A DNA stretch of 55,203 nucleotides from a bacterium. GTDB taxonomy: Bacteria; JAHJDO01. The notes under the pieces are model-generated. The model made no database searches, was not told where the DNA came from, and saw only the letters and a list, made by a program, of their open reading frames with translations. This document shows positions 18,390 to 27,806 of this stretch, in pieces. The translations under genes and the position numbers were made by a program. The DNA is taken from the NCBI GenBank assembly GCA_043824255.1, contig JBDRTG010000018.1:1-55203 (forward strand). Reading direction: 5' to 3'. Position 1 is the first letter of the stretch, and each line of letters begins with the position of its first letter.

Positions 18390-19649
18390 CTAAGTATCCT
18401 CAGATAAATGATCGTTTGGAAACCCAAACAAAAGAACCAAAACTCCGTAAGAGGCAATAATAATTATGAATGGCATTACAACCGCTCGAGACCTAGTGAC
18501 TGCAAAAAACATCATATGTATTAAAGTGTAGTAAATAATTAATAAATGGAACAGTAGAAGTTTGCGCCACATAAACCGAGAAACTATAAGTCCAAAAATA
18601 AAGAAAGGAAGAATCAGCCCAAAAGAGATTCCTCCAATAATCACATACTTTAGATCAATTCCCAAATCCACTATTACTCCCTTTTTTATTTCGTCTCTCT
18701 GATGAGGATATATACGCCAAAATCTGAGAAATTTATTAAATGACAGTTGAATAAACTTTGAAGGGTTCTTCTTTATATAATCAAAACCCATTTTGTAATA
18801 GAGTTTATCTCTATCCACTTCAGAAAGTTTATCAAATGCAATGGAGTCCGAGCTATAACAATGTCCACCTCCAGTGGCCAAAGGATTACTGCCAAGCCAA
18901 AATGAGTATCCTCCCTCTGTAGTAGTAGGTATAAAAGCGTGATGCAGCCTATAGTTCCTCCCAATCCACGGAGACATTGTTAAAAGAATAGTAAACGCAA
19001 AAACTAAAAAACACATAAAAGCTTTCTTCTTGTTTTCCATTCCAACTACTAACCAGATAAGAACCAGAGGGAAAAAAGCAAACAATATTGACCTGGTAAG
19101 AGAAGCCAGCGCAAAAAACATCCCTGCGAGCACTATATAGAAAAAGGAAAGTCTCTGGCGATATTTAATGAGAAAAAGAAAACTTAATACAAGAAAAAAC
19201 ATGTATAACGTTTCAGTACACAGGTGGGCGCTATAATAGACAAATTTGGGATAGATTGCAGATATTCCCATTGCTATAAGCCCCGTGCTTTTATTAAAGC
19301 TCTCTTTGCCAAGCCAATAAATCAGAAGACAGGTGAAGGAGCTTATAACAGCCAGAATTATCTTAGCTACTAAATATGAGTGCCCAAAAAGAGAATATAC
19401 ACCAGCTAAAAATAAAGGAAAAAGACATGGCCTGAACGAACATCTTCCCTCGTGAAGTATCAACCCCTTTCCATTTAAGAGATTTGCAGCCAATTCATCG
19501 TAGGTTCCTGCATCAGGGCCGATAAGTACTGTATTATCTAAGGTAAGAATATAAGCTATACGAATTAGAAAGGATAGAAGCAGAATAAAGACAATTATTA
19601 ATTTTAAATTCTTAATTTTAAATTCCACTCTTTTGAAATCTCCAAGCAT
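18390..19649 (-). CDS. ArnT/PMT-like membrane glycosyltransferase (GT-C)
   Basis: PDAGTY, FRPCLFP, CTETLY, TRS, PWIGRNY, RSRAVVMP; start at 19649 (ATG) or 19628 (GTG). Confidence 0.85.
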   Translation of the reverse strand: MLGDFKRVEFKIKNLKLIIVFILLLSFLIRIAYILTLDNTVLIGPDAGTYDELAANLLNGKGLILHEGRCSFRPCLFPLFLAGVYSLFGHSYLVAKIILAVISSFTCLLIYWLGKESFNKSTGLIAMGISAIYPKFVYYSAHLCTETLYMFFLVLSFLFLIKYRQRLSFFYIVLAGMFFALASLTRSILFAFFPLVLIWLVVGMENKKKAFMCFLVFAFTILLTMSPWIGRNYRLHHAFIPTTTEGGYSFWLGSNPLATGGGHCYSSDSIAFDKLSEVDRDKLYYKMGFDYIKKNPSKFIQLSFNKFLRFWRIYPHQRDEIKKGVIVDLGIDLKYVIIGGISFGLILPFFIFGLIVSRFMWRKLLLFHLLIIYYTLIHMMFFAVTRSRAVVMPFIIIIASYGVLVLLFGFPNDHLSEDT

Positions 19650-19656
19650 TGTGGCT

Positions 19657-19685
19657 AGTGTAATAGCTTTATACACTAAAATCAA
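19657..19685 (-). promoter_or_regulatory. Putative sigma70 promoter for the leftward GT-C/GT2 unit
   Basis: TTGATT (19685-19680), 17 bp, TACACT (19662-19657), then 7 nt to ATG at 19649. Confidence 0.5.
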
Positions 19686-19768
19686 GATAATTGAAAAACC
19701 TGGAACTGTCAGTTTATCGTATTCTAAGGTAGTTTAATATTGTTTTTATACAAAAACAAACTTTTCTC

Positions 19769-19797
19769 TTGACATCTATGTATTTTGATGTTAGAAT
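19769..19797 (+). promoter_or_regulatory. Near-consensus sigma70 promoter, probably leaderless
   Basis: TTGACA (19769-19774), 17 bp, TAGAAT (19792-19797) with extended TG; ATG 7 nt downstream and no SD sequence. Confidence 0.75.
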
Positions 19798-19804
19798 TTC
19801 GCAC

Positions 19805-19987
19805 ATGAGTGAAATAATGACCATAAAAGAGCTGGCTGGTTACATTAAAATGAATGAGAGAACAGTCTATAAACTTGCTAATAATGCCAAGATCCCTGCT
19901 GTAAAACTTTCAAATCAGTGGCGTTTTAAGAGAAAAACAATAGATGAGTGGCTTGAAGGACAAATGTATAAAAATGTGAGGAGGTGA
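19805..19987 (+). CDS. Excisionase/BldC-like helix-turn-helix DNA-binding protein (HTH_17)
   Basis: MTIKELAGYIKMNERTVYKL...IPAVKLSNQWRF...IDEWL; the track's TTG start is the -35 box, so ATG at 19805 is preferred. Confidence 0.88.
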   Translation: MSEIMTIKELAGYIKMNERTVYKLANNAKIPAVKLSNQWRFKRKTIDEWLEGQMYKNVRR

Positions 19988-19992
19988 AGTAA

Positions 19993-20163
19993 ATGTATAG
20001 ATGTGAAATATGCAAAAATGAAGTGGACTCAGTGTATTTTAAAAACAACAAGGAAGTATGCGAAAAATGCTACAGAGGACATAAAGCAGAAATAGACAAA
20101 GAGCATATTAATTCCTCGCTTATAGAAGAGCATGCTGAGCAAACTGCTGTTGCAGTAAACTAA
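19993..20163 (+). CDS. Small putative zinc-finger protein, 56 aa (not in ORF track)
   Basis: MYRCEICKNEVDSVYFKNNKEVCEKCYRG... with CxxC-x15-CxxC; GGAGGTG RBS; fills the gap to nadE. Confidence 0.7.
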   Translation: MYRCEICKNEVDSVYFKNNKEVCEKCYRGHKAEIDKEHINSSLIEEHAEQTAVAVN

Positions 20164-20879
20164 GGGGTTGGAATAGGATCTCGTTTATGCTGTGAACTTG
20201 ATATCATACTCATTACTTTATCGAGCTTTCGTCTGTCTATGTCTGTAATATTGTTGCTTTCGATTGCCTTTAGAATACTGTCTGCTTCGTCGTATAAAAG
20301 GCCCATTTCATCTTCATCAAATTGATTTTGCCACAGACCTGCAGAGGGTTTTCTTGCTATAATCTCTGCTGGTATGTCTAACTCTTTGGCCAACTGCCTT
20401 ACCTGAGTCTTAAGCAAACTACCCAGAGGAAGAATGTCCACTCCTCCATCTCCATATTTTGTATAATAGCCGAGTTTTATTTCTGTCTTATTTCCACATC
20501 CACAGACCAGATATCCATAGTCAGCTGCATAGTAGTATAATGTAAGCATTCTTAGCCTTGGTTTCAGATTTGCTCTGGCTATATTGTTTTCAGAAGCTGG
20601 TAGAACTTCTAAAAGCCTTTTAAATGGCTCATCAAGCGATGTTTTCTTGACTGGAATTGAGAACTTGTTTGCAATCAGAAATGCCATATCTTCATCATCT
20701 ATATGGCTCTCACACGGCATTATCAGTCCAAGGCAATTGTCCTTAAAAGCCCTCTGACAAAGAACCCCAACACAAGCAGAATCTATACCTCCGCTAAGAC
20801 CAAAAACCACGCCTTTAGTCCCGGACTTTTTTACTTCTTCTTTGAGCCACGAAACTATCTTTACTGATATGTTATCCAT
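20160..20879 (-). CDS. nadE: NH3-dependent NAD+ synthetase
   Basis: GLSGGIDS, NLKPRLRM, GYYTKYGDGG, KPSAGL; no glutaminase domain. Confidence 0.95.
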   Translation of the reverse strand: MDNISVKIVSWLKEEVKKSGTKGVVFGLSGGIDSACVGVLCQRAFKDNCLGLIMPCESHIDDEDMAFLIANKFSIPVKKTSLDEPFKRLLEVLPASENNIARANLKPRLRMLTLYYYAADYGYLVCGCGNKTEIKLGYYTKYGDGGVDILPLGSLLKTQVRQLAKELDIPAEIIARKPSAGLWQNQFDEDEMGLLYDEADSILKAIESNNITDIDRRKLDKVMSMISSSQHKRDPIPTP

Positions 20880-20888
20880 TTTTATACT

Positions 20889-23081
20889 TTATTGCACAAA
20901 AAGCATCTCTCTATACTTTGGTAGATCCCAATGCTCATCGGCTACAACACATTCAAGTTCATCAACATGTTTTCTTATATGCTCCATTAGAGGTTTTAAT
21001 TCTTCAAAGAATAGATTAGACTTCTCCTCTGCTTTCAGATTGCCGGCTTTCTTCAGAAGCCCCTCCATCCTGCGTGTATGCTTTCTCACATAATATGTCT
21101 TATCTGTTACATCCGTTAAGTGATTTTTAAGATCTTCAAAAACTTCTTCTTTAACTCTTAAGCCTGCACTCTTCTTTAAATTAACCAGATCTGTAAGATT
21201 CCTTGCCAAAAGCCCCTGATAATCAAAGCCGGCTGGTACTACATTTGAGTCCACCATTTCACGCAAAGTATTGGCTTCAATCTCTAACTTCTTACAATAC
21301 ATATCCATCCATATATTATATCTTGAAATTAATTCTCCCCTTGTAAGCACACCGCACTTCTCAAACAGCGATATGTTCTCCTCCTTAATAAGAGCTTTAA
21401 GCGCTTTAGGTGTTGAAGGCTCATTAATCAGCCCTCTTTTTTTCGCCTCTTTTATCCAGCCTTTAGAATAATTATCTCCCTCAAATCTAATTGATTTAGT
21501 TTCTTTAATGATTTTTTTCAATACATACAGCACCTTCAAACTAAAATTCTTGTGATTAGACTCCTTTTTTATTCTATCTGTAATATAATCTATAGATTCT
21601 GCGACAATTGTATTAATAACCATAATAGGTGTTGAAATATTCTGGGAACTGCCAACTGCTCTAAATTCAAACTTATTACCAGTAAAAGCAAAAGGAGAAG
21701 TTCTATTCCTGTCAACTACATCCTTATTAAAGGTTGGTAATTTGCCAATGCCCAGATTTACAATATCTTGCTTGTTAAATTCTGCCTTTTTACCTTTTTC
21801 TATTGTATTGAGAACCTTTGTTAACTGATCACCGACAAACACTGACATAACTGCAGGCGGAGCTTCATTAGCTCCAAGTCTATGTTCATTACCTGCTGAA
21901 GCTATACTGGCATATAACAGATCAGCATGTTTGTAAACAGCCCGGATTACGGCTATTAACAATACTAGAAACTGCAAATTGTCTTCTGGCGTATTCCCAT
22001 GATTAAAGAGATTATTTCTTTTATCATCTGACAGAGACCAATTAATGTGCTTCCCGCTTCCATTTATACCTGCAAACGGTTTTTCATGTAAGAGGCACAC
22101 CAGGTCATGTTTCAAGGCGATCTTTTTGATAATATCCATAAGAAGCTGATTGTGATCTGCTGCAATATTGGAGTCCTCAAAAATAGGAGCAAACTCAAAT
22201 TGGTGAGGAGCAACTTCATTATGTCTGGTCTTTAATGGAATACCCAATTTATACGCCTCAATACTTACATCATTCATATAATTTATAATGCGCTCCTTAA
22301 TTGAGCCAAAGTATTGATCCTCCAATTGCTGCCCTTTTGGAGATGATGCTCCAATTAGTGTGCGCTCTGTCATAAGCAAATCCTGGCGCATTCTATAAAA
22401 TCGCTTATCTATTAAAAAATATTCCTGTTCAGCGCCACAATCTGAAAAGACTCTTTTTACATCCTTATGCCCGAAAAGTTTTAAAAGCCTGACTGTTGCT
22501 TTGTTAATAGCCTCATCAGAGCGCAGTAGAGGAAGCTTTTTATCAAGCGCTTCTCCATGATATGAAATGAATATGGATGGTATACACAGAGTTTTTCCAA
22601 GTTCGCATTCTATAATAAACGCAGGGCTTGAAGGGTCCCATGCTGTATACCCACGCGCTTCAAAAGTGGTTCTTATACCTCCGCTTGGAAAGCTGGACGC
22701 ATCAGGCTCACCCTGAATAAGCATTGACCCGCTAAACTTTTCAATAGCTCTGCCTTCTCCATCAAGCGAAATAAAACTATCATGTTTCTCAGCTGTAAGA
22801 CCTGTCATAGGCTGAAACCAGTGTGTATAATAAGTTGCTCCCTTTCCAATTGCCCAATCCTTCATTGCCTTTGCTATTTCATCTGCTTCCTTCATGCTGA
22901 TTATTTTCCCTTCATCAAGCCAGCGCCTAAATGATTCAAAGGTCTTTTTACTTATGTGTTTTTTTATTACAGGAATACTAAACGTGTTTTCACCAAAATA
23001 GCTTGATACTTTCCTGGGTAACTTTTCCATGCTTAATTCTACGCCACAAATCTTTTCTAATATATCTTGCCTTATGCTCAT
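20889..23081 (-). CDS. glnN: Glutamine synthetase type III
   Basis: THWFQPMTGLTAEKHD, GEPDASSFPSGG, HNEVAPHQFE, HRLGANEAPP, DRNRTSPFAFTGNKFEFR; 730 aa. Confidence 0.95.
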   Translation of the reverse strand: MSIRQDILEKICGVELSMEKLPRKVSSYFGENTFSIPVIKKHISKKTFESFRRWLDEGKIISMKEADEIAKAMKDWAIGKGATYYTHWFQPMTGLTAEKHDSFISLDGEGRAIEKFSGSMLIQGEPDASSFPSGGIRTTFEARGYTAWDPSSPAFIIECELGKTLCIPSIFISYHGEALDKKLPLLRSDEAINKATVRLLKLFGHKDVKRVFSDCGAEQEYFLIDKRFYRMRQDLLMTERTLIGASSPKGQQLEDQYFGSIKERIINYMNDVSIEAYKLGIPLKTRHNEVAPHQFEFAPIFEDSNIAADHNQLLMDIIKKIALKHDLVCLLHEKPFAGINGSGKHINWSLSDDKRNNLFNHGNTPEDNLQFLVLLIAVIRAVYKHADLLYASIASAGNEHRLGANEAPPAVMSVFVGDQLTKVLNTIEKGKKAEFNKQDIVNLGIGKLPTFNKDVVDRNRTSPFAFTGNKFEFRAVGSSQNISTPIMVINTIVAESIDYITDRIKKESNHKNFSLKVLYVLKKIIKETKSIRFEGDNYSKGWIKEAKKRGLINEPSTPKALKALIKEENISLFEKCGVLTRGELISRYNIWMDMYCKKLEIEANTLREMVDSNVVPAGFDYQGLLARNLTDLVNLKKSAGLRVKEEVFEDLKNHLTDVTDKTYYVRKHTRRMEGLLKKAGNLKAEEKSNLFFEELKPLMEHIRKHVDELECVVADEHWDLPKYREMLFVQ

Positions 23082-23082
23082 A

Positions 23083-24015
23083 TTATCCCACCCCCTTATA
23101 TAATCTGCCCTGAAATGTATTCATTTGTAGAAGCTTCTCTTCTATTTTACCCAGCGCTTTGTTTTTGTCAACAATCCACATTGGCACTATGAGAAATTCC
23201 CCTGGGCAATCTGCAGTTATCCTTTGAATGACAGTATCTGGCCATATGCGTTCCAAAAATCCTACAGCCAAATTCACATACGCATCTAATTCCAATGGCT
23301 TATACAGACCTTCCTCGTAAATCTCTTCCAGCTTTGTTTTCTTTATTATATGAATAGGATGAATCTTTATACCATCTAATTTAAGCCTGCCCAGAACTTC
23401 TGCGGTTTCTAAGATATCTCTCTCAGTCTCATGAGGAAGTCCTATAATCACATGAACACATATTTTTATGTTTTTTCTTTCCCTCGTCAGATTCACAGCT
23501 TCTAGAAAATCTTTATAAACATGCCCTCTGTTTATAAACTCTAATGTCTTATTGTGTATGCTCTGAAGCCCATATTCAATCCACACTTCGTAATCAGATG
23601 TATAGCTTTCAATCAGATCAAGAATCTCCTTATTTATACAATCAGGACGAGTGCCAATGGATATGCCTACAACATCTTCAAATTTTCTGACGGTATCATA
23701 CTTTTTCTTCAGAACTTCTAAAGGAGCGTATGTATTTGTATATGCCTGAAAATACACTATGAATTTCTCAGCTTTAAACCTTCTCTTACCAAACTCTACG
23801 CCTTTAGCAATCTGCTCTTCTATTGGCAGCGAAGCAATACGGCTGTTAAAGCTGAATCCCCTATTATTACAATAGATACAGCCGTCCTTACTTTTTGAGC
23901 CGTCCCTATTAGGGCAGGAGAACCCAGCGTCTATACTTACCTTATAAACCCGAACTCCAAAACGTTTCCTGAGATATTCAGAAAACTTGTAATATCTTCT
24001 TATCTCATTACTCAT
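23083..24015 (-). CDS. TIGR01212 family radical SAM protein (YhcC/YtqA-like)
   Basis: AGFSCPNRDG...GCIYC, YFQAYTNTYA, IGTRPDC, EYGLQS, GIKIH. Confidence 0.92.
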   Translation of the reverse strand: MSNEIRRYYKFSEYLRKRFGVRVYKVSIDAGFSCPNRDGSKSKDGCIYCNNRGFSFNSRIASLPIEEQIAKGVEFGKRRFKAEKFIVYFQAYTNTYAPLEVLKKKYDTVRKFEDVVGISIGTRPDCINKEILDLIESYTSDYEVWIEYGLQSIHNKTLEFINRGHVYKDFLEAVNLTRERKNIKICVHVIIGLPHETERDILETAEVLGRLKLDGIKIHPIHIIKKTKLEEIYEEGLYKPLELDAYVNLAVGFLERIWPDTVIQRITADCPGEFLIVPMWIVDKNKALGKIEEKLLQMNTFQGRLYKGVG

Positions 24016-25015
24016 TACTTTTTTTTAAAAGCTTCATTCCATTATTAAAAAAGATATCTTCAACAAAATTTCTTGAGAGGTTGAGTCGTTTTATTGCTTT
24101 TTTGATCGCCCGTATTTCTTCGTAGGCAAAAGAAGTGAAAACTAGTTTTTGATGGTCATCGGAAATAGACAATTCCCATGGGACAGGCGTAACATAGGTA
24201 TACTGGTCATTTATTTCAACCGATTTCCCACCAGCAAGAGCAATTGGTATATCAGTACCATAAAGAATTTTGTGGGATTCTACATTAACAAAAAGATATT
24301 CAAGAACTTCCCAGTTGTTTACCATTGCAAGGTCAAAGTAAAGATTAGGAATTTTTTTTATCTTATCTAAATTTCCGATAATATTCTTCAGATAATACGC
24401 TCTTCCTACATGAGCAAGAACTATTTTTGCATTCGCATACTTTTCACATAAGTGTACAATCTGTTTTTGATTTGAAGGATCTGCTAACCTTTTTTTCTTC
24501 GGTATATGGAGTGTTATAATCAAACCGTATTTATCAGCAATTCTCATTAATCTATCGGGAAGCATGTCTTTTATCTCTACATCCTCAGGGTTTGGCTTAT
24601 TTACATAGTTGAGGTATGGTTTAAAGCCAAGGAACCCTTTCTCTAAAATAGCCTTCTCTACTACTTCTGGATTATCCTCTGGTCGTAATAACCTGAAAGG
24701 AAAGAATTTTTTTCTATCACATACTTTTGAGACATATTCATTCATTTTTGAAAAATTATATTTTCTGTTTCTGTTAGGATGTCCAAAACAAACCCCATAA
24801 CATTCTCTATCAGGGTAAAGCTCTTTACAATCTTGCCGCAATTGCTCTATTGAATATTCTTTTTGTTTATATCCACAAATATCATAATCACCTTGCATTG
24901 CTTCTTTTGGACATATGTGTATATGAAAATCTAAAAATTTTTTAGGCAAAAAATCATCCAGCTCCTCCTTAAAAATCTTCAAATTCCGTTTTTGTTTTGT
25001 CGTCTGTTTCCACAT
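24008..25015 (-). CDS. Amidohydrolase family protein (TIM-barrel metallohydrolase)
   Basis: DFHIH, GFKPY, LHIP, LAHVGR, YGTDIP. Confidence 0.85.
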   Translation of the reverse strand: MWKQTTKQKRNLKIFKEELDDFLPKKFLDFHIHICPKEAMQGDYDICGYKQKEYSIEQLRQDCKELYPDRECYGVCFGHPNRNRKYNFSKMNEYVSKVCDRKKFFPFRLLRPEDNPEVVEKAILEKGFLGFKPYLNYVNKPNPEDVEIKDMLPDRLMRIADKYGLIITLHIPKKKRLADPSNQKQIVHLCEKYANAKIVLAHVGRAYYLKNIIGNLDKIKKIPNLYFDLAMVNNWEVLEYLFVNVESHKILYGTDIPIALAGGKSVEINDQYTYVTPVPWELSISDDHQKLVFTSFAYEEIRAIKKAIKRLNLSRNFVEDIFFNNGMKLLKKSNE

Positions 25016-25079
25016 AAAACATCCTCCTGATATGTAAAAATTAAAGGATTCTTTAGTCTAAAAACTGTTTTTTATCAAA

Positions 25080-26477
25080 TCATATCTCAAAAACCGGTAT
25101 ATCCATTATTTCAGAAAGGAATTTAATTTCTTCTGTTTTATCTCCATATGCCATTGCAAGGTGATGTGTACCACCCTGTAGGCTGTATCTGGTAAGAAAA
25201 TCCCGAACATCACCCTCAATCTTCAGAATAAAATGTGGAGCATCAATGTCTTTAAATAAATTCATTTTTATGACTTCACCACAATTAACAATAAATTTAA
25301 ACTTCCCTTCCTTATCAAGAGCAATATTGAGAAGCGTCACCTTGCCTGGCTTTAAAGGGAACAGGAACATCGCTGTTGATAATCCTTTCCCGCTTAGAGG
25401 CATATCCTTTTTAATAAGTCTTATGCTTGCCTTATTTCTTGCCATTAAAGGATTACTCTCTCCCATATGTTCAAAGAATATCCGATTATTTTTATAATCC
25501 GTTGTAAACATCTCAACAAATCCAGCCATTCCACAGAGTTTCTGCATTATTAAAACAGATGTTGCACACAGAACATCTCCTTCACCACCGTACCCCATTC
25601 CTTCTGCCATAAACTTTGCAATTGCCATAAATGGTATTGTCTCAGCACCTTTATCACCTTTAAATGCCATAAAATTTATACCCAGTCCATCAAGCTTTTC
25701 TTTCTGAATTATCCTTCTGAGAGCAAGTTCCAGTCGAGCTGATATAAAGTGAGTTTTTTTATCCAAACTTTTATCTATTTTGAAATCTCTTCCATCAGAT
25801 TTCATCTTTTTTTCAATCTCGTTTCTTTTTATTTTTGATGATTCCTCAGCAATTTTATCAACAGATACATCAAGTATTTCAGGACCAAGTATTTTAGTGA
25901 TTTTCTCATCACTAACTGCAAAATCCCCCATATCCTTGAATCTACCGCCAATTCTGGCAATTCTTGCTTTTCTTAGAAGGTTAATCAAAGATGCTGCTTC
26001 GCACCATTTATCTATCTTCTCTAAAACACATTTATTCTGATAATGACCAGTGATTAAACTAAATCTGATATTTTCTCGCAACAATACACTGGCTGTATCC
26101 TGAACACCATGCATCCCATGATTCAAGGAAGTATCATAAACTTTAAATTTCTGATCAATGGTATAAAGTTTCTGTGTATTCCATAGTAATATTGGAATGT
26201 CTTGATATTTTTTTAATACCGGAGCGATAATTAAACTTGGAGAATATGAAAGAAAAACAAGGATTATCCCATTAACCTTTTCTTTTTTTAATTTGGTACA
26301 GGCATTTTCCATTTGCGCTCTGGTATAAACAAGAGGAATGTGTATAACCTTTGCAGATTTTCCCATTACTTTATTTAATTCATTTGAGAATTTAGATAGA
26401 TCATTAACTAAATCCGGTGCTTTCGCCTGATACAATTCTGCTGTAAGTCCAATTAAGCCAATCTTAGGTTTTTTCAT
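25080..26477 (-). CDS. L-fucose/L-arabinose isomerase family protein
   Basis: HGMHGVQD, GYGGEGD, FVEM, HMGE, GTHHLAMAYG (AraA-like metal ligands). Confidence 0.82.
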   Translation of the reverse strand: MKKPKIGLIGLTAELYQAKAPDLVNDLSKFSNELNKVMGKSAKVIHIPLVYTRAQMENACTKLKKEKVNGIILVFLSYSPSLIIAPVLKKYQDIPILLWNTQKLYTIDQKFKVYDTSLNHGMHGVQDTASVLLRENIRFSLITGHYQNKCVLEKIDKWCEAASLINLLRKARIARIGGRFKDMGDFAVSDEKITKILGPEILDVSVDKIAEESSKIKRNEIEKKMKSDGRDFKIDKSLDKKTHFISARLELALRRIIQKEKLDGLGINFMAFKGDKGAETIPFMAIAKFMAEGMGYGGEGDVLCATSVLIMQKLCGMAGFVEMFTTDYKNNRIFFEHMGESNPLMARNKASIRLIKKDMPLSGKGLSTAMFLFPLKPGKVTLLNIALDKEGKFKFIVNCGEVIKMNLFKDIDAPHFILKIEGDVRDFLTRYSLQGGTHHLAMAYGDKTEEIKFLSEIMDIPVFEI

Positions 26478-26514
26478 TTTTAATTCTCCTATTTTTGTGA
26501 CGCTTCGTCCTGTT

Positions 26515-27759
26515 TTATTCGCCTGTGTATCCTATCTCTTTCCATATCTTCTTTGCATATGCCATGCCCCTTTTGGTGGGTTTGATATCACCAAGGATGC
26601 TTGGCCACGGATCACCTTTCTTTCGTTGTGTCGGATCAGGACTCCAATGATCATTCTCGTATTTTTTTCTCACTGTCTCTTTTCGGAAATCTGGTATATC
26701 CAGCGTGTTTGAATCATTTAAGGCTGAACGATATGCGAGAATCCCTACACATGACATCGCAACACTGCGATACACATCAAGAAAAGGCTGTCTCCCTTTG
26801 CGAATTGCCTCTGCAAAATGATAATTCATAAAAAAATCGCCGCCGCCATGACCTGCTTTTTTTGCTATGTCTGCAAACACAGGAAAATTAGGTGCATATA
26901 TCTGTTCTATGGGTTTTGTAATTTTTTCGTGGTACTGTTCTCTCACAACCCGAAGCATGTTTCTTTCACCATGACGCAAGTTTTCCATAAGCCCCTGGCT
27001 GCCATGAATTCGCACCCATATGCCGTGTCCGCGTAAAATTACTTGCAGGAGTTTTACAACTGCGCCATTATTCATGCGTAATGCTATCATTGAAGCAGCG
27101 TCATTTCTCCTTGCATTTCTTGCCTGCACAGGATCGTCCTGGGCATAGGGCATTACAAATCCATTTAGCTTGACCGGCATAGTTTCAGTTATAAACATGA
27201 TCGGCGCCAATGAGTGAGTACAATAATAAGTGGCGGGTATCCAGTTTCTCCAGTGATTTATGCCGGGAGAAATTCTGTTTACAAAATCAGCATCTCCAGG
27301 ATGCACATATTCTCCTTCCCCATACATAAACTCGCCGACCTTACCGGCCTTGTAAAGTTTGCGCATTTCCTGATTAAAAACCATGTATGGATAGTTTTCA
27401 GCAAGCATATAGATTTTTTTGCTTTTTTCGACCTCGCGAATAAGTTCTACACCCTGCGCAATTGTAAAACAGGCAGAAGTTTCTGACATAACGTGTTTTC
27501 CAGCTTTTAACGCTTTAACGGCAAAGGGTGCATGCTGATGAAAATAATTCGCAAGAATTACTGCATCCATATCATGCTCAAGGAATTTATCATAATCTGT
27601 ATAAGTAGTTACACTAAGTTCCTCTCCTAATTTCTTTAGCCGTTCTTCCCATGTATCACATAAAGCCACCAGTTCCATCCCTACTAATTCACCTGCCCCC
27701 TTTGCAAAACCTGCGCCTCTTCCGACACCCACAACACCTACTTCAATCTTATCTGACAT
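26515..27759 (-). CDS. Gfo/Idh/MocA family oxidoreductase
   Basis: GVVGVGRG, GKHVMSE, LAENY, YCTHSL, GHGGGD. Confidence 0.88.
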   Translation of the reverse strand: MSDKIEVGVVGVGRGAGFAKGAGELVGMELVALCDTWEERLKKLGEELSVTTYTDYDKFLEHDMDAVILANYFHQHAPFAVKALKAGKHVMSETSACFTIAQGVELIREVEKSKKIYMLAENYPYMVFNQEMRKLYKAGKVGEFMYGEGEYVHPGDADFVNRISPGINHWRNWIPATYYCTHSLAPIMFITETMPVKLNGFVMPYAQDDPVQARNARRNDAASMIALRMNNGAVVKLLQVILRGHGIWVRIHGSQGLMENLRHGERNMLRVVREQYHEKITKPIEQIYAPNFPVFADIAKKAGHGGGDFFMNYHFAEAIRKGRQPFLDVYRSVAMSCVGILAYRSALNDSNTLDIPDFRKETVRKKYENDHWSPDPTQRKKGDPWPSILGDIKPTKRGMAYAKKIWKEIGYTGE

Positions 27760-27806
27760 GTTCTTTTTCCTTCTTGTTAAAAGTTAATTTTTAGTTTATT
27801 AATCAT

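Noticed and set aside
19769..19987. Prophage or ICE inferred from the excisionase-like gene
   Set aside because: No integrase, phage or conjugation genes and no tRNA att site nearby
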